DNA from: the human T2T-CHM13v2.0 reference genome, Homo sapiens
DNA: 64,000 bases
Strand: one strand, 5' to 3'
NCBI RefSeq assembly: GCF_009914755.1
Contig: NC_060929.1
Part shown: piece after piece, positions 52,761 through 64,000 of the stretch
Numbering within the stretch: the stretch's first letter is position 1
How the letters are laid out: every line of letters starts with the position of its first letter
Notes under the pieces: model-generated
Database searches by the model: none
Seen by the model: the letters and a program-made list of their open reading frames with translations, nothing else
What the model was told of the DNA's origin: nothing
Position numbers and translations under genes: made by a program

Positions 52761-54645
52761 TACAGAAAAGAAGAACAGGGGAGGCAGACCCATTTAACAC
52801 AGGTGATGGAACTGGGGAAAGGAGCCATGCAAGGTATCACCCATGGTCAGTGGGACAAGGTAGTGTTCTTTCTAGTAGACAGAACTACTCCCTTCTAGTA
52901 AGAGAGTGGATGCTTTCTTCTAGAAAGGATTGTGCTAATTAAGTCCAGGAGGGACAAAGAGGTGTAAGATCTGGACCTGACCTTGAGGAGCGTGTGGTCC
53001 AGTGAGTGACAAACGTGTAGAACACAGGAACCAACAGTATAAGACAGTGTTCCAGGCTCCAGTTGGCATCACAAAGCAGCACAAAAGCCCAGGGCATTGG
53101 GGAGAGGGCAAGAAGAAGGGGCTCCATTAAGCCAGCAAGGGCACCACATTCCACCTTGCCTCCTTCCCACTTGGCCTCCAGCTGTTTTGATTATTCAGTT
53201 CCTCTCTCTCATGTGGCCATGCCACAGAGAACATGAATTCCCCCAGAACCCACTTCCTTTCTTCCAACTGACCCCTTACAGAACCCAAACTCCCTCCACA
53301 GCCTGTCAGTCTGATACCACGCTTGGCCACAGCAATCATGCCTGCTCAGCATTTTCACAGATGGATACTATTTTCCAGGATGGAGTGTGGAAAAAACGGT
53401 ATTTTTTCTTCTGCCATGATAACATCCCCAAAATTAGGGGGAAAAAAGCACCAGGAACTGATATTTTACAAGGTCACACTTCATTTTTCCTGGCTTGATG
53501 TAGCCCAGGGCTGAAAATCTGTTTTCTAAGAAGCTTGTGGGGACACTGGGGACTATCTGGCAGGGTCTGTGCCCTCAGAGTTTGGTAACTCTGTTACAGG
53601 GTCTCCCTAAATGGGAGAATGTAGGATTGCAAAGACAGCTAGTATAACATCCAGCTGGCCAGGGAGGATTTGTCAGATCAACGAAGGCTAATTCTGCACA
53701 TTCCCTGCTGGGCTTCCTAATGCACTGGGACACTCAGCTGAACTGTCTATTAAGAATATTTTCCTAAGTCATTTGTGTTAGATTATAGGCTATAAACCAC
53801 TTACTGTTGCCTGGCCGCCATAAATATAAAGCAATCATTTTTAATGCAAGCAGCTGTTGGGCTGGCTTCCCCAAGATGCTTTGCCCAGGGACTCAGGTTC
53901 TGCTGTATTCCCCTTCATCAAGTGATTTCTGATTGTTTTTCTGCTCTGTTGCATACCACACACATGGTGGTGGGGGTAGGGGTATACATCTTCCTTGCAG
54001 AGATTTGTTTGGATGCAGGATTTCTAAAAATATCCAAAAGAAATTGATGAGGGAGGGGAGTGCAAGTTAAGTTGTATGAAATTTGATGACTTGAGCCCTA
54101 ATCATAGTCTCTATTAAAAAAAAAAAATAGAGCACAAACCCATTTTCTGACCTCCAGCCATAAAATATGGGATCTTGAATTCTACTTATTGAAGATAAAT
54201 TCATATATATTTATTGAAGATACACTTATATATCTTTGTATATTTATTGAAGATATATATTTTGCAATTATATTCATTTGAGATTTTGGATTATATTTTT
54301 ACTTGTAAAGTATTTATGAGGGTCTATAATGTACTAGGGCACCATGCTAGATATTAAGGACATAAAGGTGAGTCAAAATTGACATGGTGCCTGCTTTCCT
54401 GTCTCTTTGTCTAGTAGAAGAGACAGACTGATCAAATTATTACAAAAATTGCTATATGGGATATAAAGGAAATTTAAGGAACCAGTAAAATGCCTAATCT
54501 AGTGATCCATGAAGATGTTCCTAATCAGCAGTTGAGCTGAGACACCAAGGGTAAATGAAGTTAACTCGACAAGGGAAAAGGGTAAATGAAGAAGAGATTT
54601 CTAGGAAGAGGTGTGAATGAGCATCATGCATTATGAGAATCCAGA

Positions 54646-54950
54646 GACTGGGCACAGTGGCTCACGCCTGTAATCCCAGTACTTTGGGAGGCCGAGGCAG
54701 GCATATCACAAGGTCAAGAGATCAAGACCCCTCCTGGCCAACATGGTGAAACCCTGTCTCTACTAAAAATACAAAAATTAGCTGGGCATGGTGGCCCGTG
54801 CCTGTAGTCCCAGCTACTCGAGAGGCTGAGGCAGGAGAATCGCTTGAACTGGAGGTGGAGGTTGTAGTTAGCCGAGATGGTACCGCTGCACTCCAGCCTG
54901 CGCAACAGAGCGAGATTCCATCTCGAAAAAAAAAAAAAAAAAAAAAAAAA
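54646..54950 (+). mobile_element. AluS-type (Sc-like) SINE within an L2 fragment
   Basis: Full dimer with long poly-A; 'ggtcaagagatcaagacc'. Confidence 0.95.
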
Positions 54951-55075
54951 AAGAAGAGATTTCTAGGAAGACTGGGAGGTGAGAATGAGTATCATGCATT
55001 ATAAGAACCCAGGGAAGGACAGGCTACTCGATGCAGAAAGGGTGGCAGGTTCTAGATCTAGCAGGGGCTTGGGGG

Positions 55076-55788
<713 letters not shown>

Positions 55789-56984
55789 GGAGGCTATGTG
55801 AAGAAGAGCTTGGTCCTCATCCTGAGAACAACAGGAAGCCACTGGAGCCTGTAGCAGTTAAAGCCTCAGAGGGAAACTGCTGGTTTCCTCGAACAATACT
55901 TAAGTGATGTGTTGGAGATAATTTCAAGAAGGCATTATTTTCATGGGTGTGGGTGAAGTTAAAGGAACCCAGGAAGAATGTTGAAGCACCCAAGCAAAGC
56001 AACATCGAGAAGCCATGCTCACCTCTTGGTGTGAAGAAGCAAGAAGAGGAAACAGGGGGCCCACCCTGCAGGAGCTGCGGTCAGGGAGGCTCACAGCAAA
56101 TGTCAGGACTCCAGCACTCTGGAGGGAGCAGGTACTTCACATTCTTTCTGCTGTTGCCCTCTAGTCCCTGCTGGATCTTTTTTATTGGCTGAATCCAAAC
56201 AGAAACCAGAAAGAAGGAGCCATTAAAATCAGCGAGCCCTCTCCCAACAACCAGGGTGTAAAGCAGGGCAGAGAAGGACAGGGAGTGGCATTGGATGGGC
56301 AAGTAGAGAATAAAAAGCACAGAAGGCTTTCAGGCTGTGAGTGGCATGATCACATTTGTATTACAAAACAGATCATTCTGACTGCTTTGCAGAGAGCTAA
56401 CAAACAAAGATTAAGAGCAAGAGGACTTGTAAAATGGCATCTATAGCAATCAAGGGAGCAATTATGAATGGAAGCCTAAGCCAGAGTGGGGAACAAGTTG
56501 ATGGAAAGAAGTGGACCAATGTAAGGATTTCTCACATGGCAGAGCTTGGCCAAGACTGGAGGGAACTTGGCAGTCTTCAAATTGCACCCATCCATTGTTG
56601 TGAGATAACTGAGGCTCAGACAAGAGAAGAGACTTGAGCCAGAGGTAGAGTTCTTCCCTCACCTTTTCTACTACATAGCCTCTGTCAATATGCTTTGCCT
56701 GGATTATACCTTGCTTCTTCATTTTTATTCCCCAGGACAAATTCCTTCCTTCTCTATGTCCTCTGAAGGTCACCTTGGCAATACCCACTCCTAGAAACTT
56801 GACTTTATCTTCCTGACTGTAGGTTCTGTACTCTATGGCCTCCTTGCTTTGAAGACCTGAACATTCGCTGCCTCGTAGAGGAGCACACCCTGAGCTCACC
56901 CAGGTGGCTGGATCAGGATAAGCAAAGGGTGCTGAGGAAGCACTGAGCAGCCTCTTCTCATCTTTATTTCCATTAGTAAATAAT

Positions 56985-57200
56985 TATTGGATGCTTACTC
57001 TTCTCTGGGCAACATTTAAATTTCACAGCCATACATGGAGATTTTATATCTATGTAACCACCCTTTTACAAATGAGTAAACTGAGGCTCACATAGGTTAA
57101 ACAAGGTCCACAGTTGGTAAGTGGAAAAGCCCAGACTCAAACCCAGGTATGCCTGCCTCTAAATGTCCATGTTCTTAACCACTATACCATACTGCCTCTC
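56985..57200 (-). mobile_element. MIR
   Basis: 'ttttacaaatgagtaaactgaggctca...gactcaaacccaggt'. Confidence 0.75.
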
Positions 57201-57314
57201 ACATACTTGGCACAGCACTATGTTAGGTGCTCTTGTTTGTGGTATGAAGTTGAGGGGGTTGGTTGGAGACATCAAAAAGTAGGAGGTGGTTGATGGTTAC
57301 AGATGTTCCAGGTA

Positions 57315-57520
57315 ACTGCTTTAGCTGAACTCTACACTGGCAGCTACTCAAGCCTTCAGATGACCACAGCCCCAGCCACCATCTGACAATCATTATATTG
57401 AGAAGACCAAGTGACAGGCACCCAGACAAGCCCAGTCAACTCAAGAACTGTGGGAAATACTAATAATTTTGCTTTCAGTCACTTAAGTGCGGTTCATTAT
57501 GCATTAACAGAGTCAGGACA
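57315..57520 (+). mobile_element. MLT1 LTR 3' fragment
   Basis: 'ccttcagatgaccacagccccagcc...aagaactgtgggaaatactaataa'. Confidence 0.65.
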
Positions 57521-59036
57521 CAGGGTAAGGTCTCTTGTGGAAACAATATTTAGACAAATGAAACATAACCGTACCACACATACACTTCTACTCCCAAGAA
57601 ATTGTTAATACAAAGCTGTTTTCCTGTAGCTTTCCCTTCTCTGCACAAATCTGCATCCTACCAGTTCTTGAGCCCAGCCTCTTTCTTTCATCTGCAGGGG
57701 TCTTGCTTCCTCTGAGGGCTCAGTATGCAAGTCAGAGGTCAGCCAGGGAAAATGAGAGCTCATTGGTCCACACCTCTCTGCCTCCCCCTCCTTCTTCGCA
57801 GGTGAGGTCCAATTCTCCTTCATCTGCTTTTCCAGGTGCATAAATCAGCACGACACTCCCTCATCTATCTCCATGAGGCTCCTCTGTCCCCAGTCTCCCC
57901 CCAGCCAGATGGCACTGGAGCTCTCTGGAGGAGGGCATCTCATGGACATGATATGATATTGCAGGCTCAGCCCATTCTATGACCCAGGCTAAGGATGACA
58001 CAGATCAGATTAATAAGTGAGCTGCTGGGCAGCTCTTCAGAGTACCAATCTATGGGGGCAACTAAAATGTCCCTGGAATAAAATTCACATAGGGAGCCAG
58101 TTAATTCAGGTCTCTACCTGACTGCTGACAAAACTGTTGAAACATAAATTGGTTTGGCTGCAATTAAACACTCCCTGTGGCTACCAGCCAAACTCTGTTG
58201 ATATTTTTGTGTTAGGTGCGTGCAATTTACATGGTGTGTCTAAGGCCTCACCACTAATTTTGAGACTGGCCCTCTGAGAGTTCCCTGTAACAGTTTAGCC
58301 TGCTGACAATCTGAAACTAAAAAATTCATGATGCTGTCTATGCTCTTTAGTGGGAACAATTTATTAGAATGTCTGAATTTAAATAGTTTCATATGCCTCT
58401 CAAGAAATTGTCTAGTTCAGAAAATCACATGTAATATGTACATGGAAAATAAATCTTTATTTTGAACATAAAAAGCATATACTTTTATTACATATTTCCA
58501 TTCCTGCTAAACATTGAACAGACGTGCAAGAAATAATAGTATAAAGAGGCCCCTAGTTACTCACCTCACATGTACCTGTCTCAGTCTGGCCTGGATGCAT
58601 GGATAGTGCTGGGAGGCAGAGGGGCAGAAATTCAGGGAAATTGTGCTGGAAATCTTTTCTTTCCACTTGCATTTATTTCCATGTAAAATCAGATCAAAGT
58701 GAATCTTCAGAGTAAATTTAACATGGAAATGAAGTAAAACAAAACAAGAAATAGTCTCAAATATTAGCCAGGAACTGGGGAACAGCAGATCATCTATTTG
58801 GCTTTGGGGTTTTGAGAGACAGTGTGTGCTGATGGCATGTATAAGAATCTTGGATTTTTTTTTCAGCTCTGTTAGGTAGATCCAATTCTTCCTGCTCCAG
58901 TCAATACTTCCTTCATTCCCTGGCCAATCATTCTTTTTCTCCTCTTCAAATAAGGAAGCATTAGACTTTCCAGTCATTGGGGTTGGGGAAGTCTCCCTGC
59001 TGCATGTTTCCTATGTGCAATCTCCAGATCACAGAT

Positions 59037-59450
59037 GTGTTACTCTTGGTCCTCCAAGAAACAGCAGCCAAACTTGGATTAGACATACAGGAGATTTATT
59101 GAGGAAGTGTCTGTGAGGGGAACAGGGGGGAATCAGAGGAGGCAGTGAGTGCTGCCAGACTGCAAGATAGGTCTGATCCTGAGAAGGAGAGAGGAAAGGA
59201 AGCAGGGTTTGAGAGACAGAGTCTCACACTGCAGCACAGTGCTAGGGAAGTTTCACCAGTGATGGAAGATTTTAGAGCAAATTATCCAGTATCTCACAGG
59301 AATGGGTCTACCTTACTATCCCTCTTGTGCTCAACCATTGGCAGACAGCAGCCCAAGGAAGTAAAGCCCAGAGCATACACTGTCATGGATTTGGAGCAGA
59401 GCAGCTGGTGGTGTCTGCCAGTTATAGTCTCCATGGTGCAGAAGGAGATC
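59037..59450 (-). mobile_element. ERVL-type LTR fragment
   Basis: 'ggtcctccaagaaacagcagcc...ggagatttattgaggaagtg' resembles antisense ends of LTR33/40-type elements. Confidence 0.5.
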
Positions 59451-60719
59451 TGAGTGGTACATTTTCATGGCCACTGTAGCTGTAGAAGCCACACTGCAGG
59501 AGCAGCCCACAGATGAACAGGAGAGGGGAGGGAGGAAGAGAGATACCAGCACGATGCCAGGGGTCAAAGACCAATATGACCCAATTTTTCCGGGGGCCCA
59601 ACTCACATTTCACAATGCAGAGTACTAACTACTATACGATGAAGACTCAACTCACATTTCAAATGAAGAATGTGACTCTTGTCAGGTTTCTGACTCCTGA
59701 ATCCTGGGTCAGCATGAGAATCCACTAGTTCAACTACTGCAGGCTAGCATGGAAGGCATGCCTCGTTTATTACATTTTACCTAAAAGCAAATGTGATTCA
59801 GGTTCCAAACAATCAATTTTCAATTGGCCTTTGGGGGATGCAGACATTCAAATTCAGGTGATTATCAACAATAAAGTATTTCAGTTCTCACGATGGCAGA
59901 GCCATCAGCAGTGAATACCAAAAAGGAGGATAAGATATCTATCTTTACACACTATTGTTGCATGGCAGAGAAGAAGCAATTCATTCTTTTCAGAAATATT
60001 TACTGAATGGCTTATATGTTGTCAGGAATCATCCCAGATGCTACAGTACTAGGTAGATTTATTTGAGGGTGTTGAAGAATGAAGAACTAAGAATAGGTGA
60101 ATAGAAGTCATAGGGAGCATGATTTAGATTTGAAATAGCAAAGGATATCTTTAACAACTTTAAGAATTCTGTCTTCAGGTTGAACACATGCTACCTTCCA
60201 TTGCACTCACCAGCCTTTGCTCATGTGGCTGTCACTCCGTGGATCACACTGTGTTCCAGCTATTTACGGATTTATTTTCCTTGATAGTTTGTAAAAATCC
60301 CTGCAGGATTAGGAGCATATGCATTAATTAACTAATTAAATAATTAACTCATCATTCGCATATTTATTCAACAAAGGTTTGTGAATGCTTTGTCTGTGCC
60401 TGCTGTTGGTATCTGGGGAGGCCAAGATAAATAAGATACAATACCTGTCCTCCAGGAGCTCACAGTAAGTTAGGGAGAAAGATGGGGAGATAGCAACATA
60501 ATCCTGCGAAGAGCAAGAGCATCAAGGAGGGAATAACTGACTCTGCCGAGGGGGCGGAAATGAACAAATTCATCATAGAACTGATGACTCCTGAGTGACA
60601 TTGTGAAGGAAGAGCAGAAGTTATCTGGGATTCTGTCTCTAGTTTCTAGCACAAATAAGTCCTCAGTTCATCTCTGCAAAATGAATGAATGAAGATGAAT
60701 AAGCAGAGTGTGACTGAGG

Positions 60720-61220
60720 GTATTCTTTTCCTAATCAGCATCTACTGCTGGTGACAGTTCCTCACCCCTGGCTCCAGAAGTGGACTCGTGGCCCAGGCTT
60801 TGCCAGTCAAACAATTGAGCAGGTACTGGCCACAGCTATTGGTTCAGGAGAATGGAAGTGATTAAGCTTGGTCTAGCGAGACACATCACGGGACTTGGTT
60901 GAGTGGTGGGAGAGCACAGTCTCACCTTCTGCTGGACCTGGAGCTGTGGAATGTCAGCCAGGGGAATCTGGGGACCACGTGATAAGGATAAAATCTGTCT
61001 GAAGATGAAATTACATAGAGAAAGCATGACTAGGGGCTGAAGAGAGAGAGAAATTGGATCCTGATGACATTGTTTTAGCTCCTGGATCCAGCAATATAAG
61101 AAGTGGGTTTCTCCCTTATTTGCTCTTTAGGTAATCAATACATTACTTTGAGGGGGGCAGCATTTAAGCCAGTTGAGCTGCCTTTTCTGTTACTTGCAAC
61201 CTAAAGTGTCTTGACCATAG
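60720..61220 (+). mobile_element. Old MLT1-type LTR
   Basis: 'ttaagccagttgagctgccttttctgttacttgcaacctaaag' 3' end. Confidence 0.6.
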
Positions 61221-61593
61221 GATGGGATCCTTCACAAAGTATGGAGTTCTCCATTTCCAACATGAGTCACATAAAATCACTAGCCTATCAGAGAAGGAAA
61301 TGCTGTTACTGGGGAACCCAAAGTCCTTGTAGCCTTGCTGACTGAAGCTGGAAATGAGTCTATTACCTGAAGCAAAAAAATGAACATGGAAAAAAGAAAG
61401 GCAGGAGTGAGGGAGGAAATCTGTATCATAATATCAACCAGACTGCCCAGCAGGCTTTTAATAAAGTCTTGGTCTGTTTAGCCTAAAGTTTTATTTCAGA
61501 ATGACTATTTAGTGTCTGCATTTTGGGTGAGGGACAAAATTAACCCAAACCAGAGAGAACTGACACACACACGAAAGTGGTTAAAAAGAATTA

Positions 61594-61856
61594 TTGGGAG
61601 GCCGAGGTGGGCAGATCACGAGGTCAGGAGATCGAGACCAGCCTGGCTAACACGGTGAAACCCTGTCTCTACTAAGAATACACAAAATTAGCCAGGAATG
61701 GTGGCGGGCACCTGTAGTCCCAGCTACTCAGGAGGCTGAGGCAGGAGAATCACTTGAACCCAGGAGGTAGAGGTTGTAGTGAGCTGAGGTTGCACCACTG
61801 CACTCCAGCCTGGACCACAGAGCAAGACTCCATCTCAAAAAAAAAAAAAAAAAAAA
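61594..61856 (+). mobile_element. 5'-truncated Alu (Sc/Y-like)
   Basis: Starts at 'ttgggaggccgagg'; contains 'gatcacgaggtcaggagatcgagacc'; poly-A tail. Confidence 0.93.
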
Positions 61857-64000
61857 GGAATCAAGTGTGCAGATTCATTAAGAGAAAGAGACGTGGCTGC
61901 TGAGAATGGTATTTTTCTGTCTCCTCTTGTCTAAGTGCATCATCTAGGGAGGAATCACTGCCAAAATTCAAAGTCCTCCCAACTTCTTGACAAACACAGA
62001 CATCCTCCCCAGGGTCCCAACTTTGGCAGAGACCAGAGGTGAAAGTCCCCCCTGTCCTCAATCCAGGGATTTGAGTCAAGAGGCCAAGAAATCTGTACAA
62101 CACATCCAGGGTAGGAGAGCAGGAGTTGAATGTGGCAAAGCCTGGAATGCAGGAGAATGAATTCCATGAAGCAGAGATACAAATAAATAGCTGATGCTGG
62201 AAGACAGCGTGTCTCCTGACTGTTTGGAAACCACTGGACTCTGGTTCTATTTATAAAAACATGTCCTACAGAACCAGTTTTCTTTGTTACTACTTGAGGC
62301 CACATCACCAACATATCCCAGGCACCGGTGGACAGCAATCGAGATGTGGGTCCTGGGCTCTGACCTCTTCACCGAGTTCATTCTGGCTCTGGGTAGGGAC
62401 AGAGGCAGAGTGATTTTGTGTTTTCTACTTTCAATAACTGGGGGAGACACAGACCCACAGCCTTCCTTTAGGTTTCTAGCCCTTCTCGCCTTCCTATCGG
62501 GTTTCTTCTTTCTTGCTTGTCTGCCTCCCTGGACTTCTTTGCATCCCCTCTTAGCAGAAAGGACACTCTTCACTAGTCAAGAGGCATAGATTGTGTTTTA
62601 AGTGGTTTAAGCTTTGCCAGTAACTGGTTGTTCAACATTAGGCAAGTTATTTAATTACCCTGGACGCCAGTTTCCTCATCTGTAAAATGGGCTTAAAATG
62701 TTTGCTGATTTATGTTCCTTAAATATGAAGAACTGGGATGTTCATGTGGGTATTAAGAAACCTGAGATGTATTACAGAGAAGACGCATATTTAACTTTGT
62801 TTTGCCCAGCATGGCTCAAATAAATTTGAAACAAAACCTCTCAAAAACAATCTAGCCACATTCTCTTGCTATTCTCTGGTATGCAGTTTGAGAAGTGGTT
62901 GTGGCAGATACTTGAATTTGTGATCTCAACTTGCTTTTTGCCAGCCTTCTGCTTGGAGAAGTTAGGAACAAAAACTATTTCTCAGGCTTCCTTGCAGCTA
63001 GGGTTCTGCATTTGGATTAGATTTCACTACTTAGATGCACTCATGTGAGAGAAGGGAGAGATTTTCATTTCCTACTCAATCCTGATGATCTGCTGACCTT
63101 GATGATCTCTCAAGCCTTGTCCAACTCTAAGGGATGTCGATGTTTCCTTTCTTGGCCATATCTTCTCTTAGGAAAAGAGCTTCTTTAGATACAGTAGTTC
63201 TGGTCCATTTCTTCTCTTATGAGTTGAAATAGATCCCAAGAAACAGTTCCAGGATAAATCAGGAGAGGGTAAATGCTAGCTGGAATTCATTTTTCTCTGA
63301 AGTTCCCATCATTTTTTACAGTTCATTTCTGACTCAGTAGGACTTAGTTCATCTTTCTGGGGTCTTGCAGCAACTTCAAAAAAAAGAACGACTTGCAAAA
63401 GAGTTAAAACTATAACCATAGCACCCCCATGGGTCCTCTGGTAGCAATTTTGAGGCCAGACTGAGCCGGGCACACAGAAACTATCCCTCCTCTGAATCCC
63501 CTGTTGTTAATTTTATAGACATGATTGTATTTCTCATCACATGCCAAGACTATCTTAAGTGGTGCTCCAGTTAAACATAGTAGCTCTGAGAAGACAGAGA
63601 CCTAGGTCTGGCTCCCTGATAACTCAGTAAGCAACCTTGGACAGAACAAATAACCATGCCGTCTCTTGGATTCCCTGGTCTAAAACTGACAAAATGCCAT
63701 TTTCTCTGGCTGCTAGGACTTTAGACAAATGGGAGACTCTGTAGTGCAATGAGTTATAAAACTAAGCTTTTAAAGTGGGCGTCAGATATTACCATGGTAA
63801 AACCTTACTTTGACTACACAGAGGTGAAACATGAGAAGTTAGACTCACCAAACATGGGACAGAGAACCTCTAGGTGGCCCATTCTTTGGCAAAATTGTGA
63901 GGTGTTTAAAACTTGCCTTTATCTTCTTCCAAAAGAGAAAAACTCAGTTTTTCAACTTTTAGGACCAGAAGCTTTTCCCCCTTCTCCCTCTGCCCCTTAG

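Noticed and set aside
54186-54255. Three copies of TTATTGAAGATA with 13- and 21-nt spacers
   Set aside because: AT-rich slippage repeat with low-complexity spacers.

Overview
Primate (very probably human) genomic DNA covering the 5' end of SLIT3 on the minus strand. Coding exon 1 (ATG at 18284, GT donor after 18088) encodes the signal peptide and LRRNT cap, and lies in a CpG-island promoter with an Inr-like start near 18714 and a CCAAT box at 18791-18795. Bases 1-18087 are intron 1. Bases ~19000-64000 are repeat-dense upstream DNA (Alu, a large L1 mosaic, L2, MIR, MaLR/ERVL LTRs) with no recognisable gene. I see no prokaryote-style system or CRISPR array, and nearly all other listed ORFs look like repeat- or GC-derived noise. 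The most unusual items are: a ~1.04 kb 12-bp minisatellite (CTAGGG plus a variable 6-mer, 86 full units) with long ORFs on both strands; a three-ATG uORF spanning a triplet repeat in the SLIT3 5'UTR; a tail-less Alu fragment with a 17-bp target-site duplication; an Alu flanked by a ~57-62 bp duplication and facing an inverted Alu; and CTCF-like motifs bracketing the promoter. Repeat subfamily names come from recalled consensus sequences, and boundaries of old elements are approximate.
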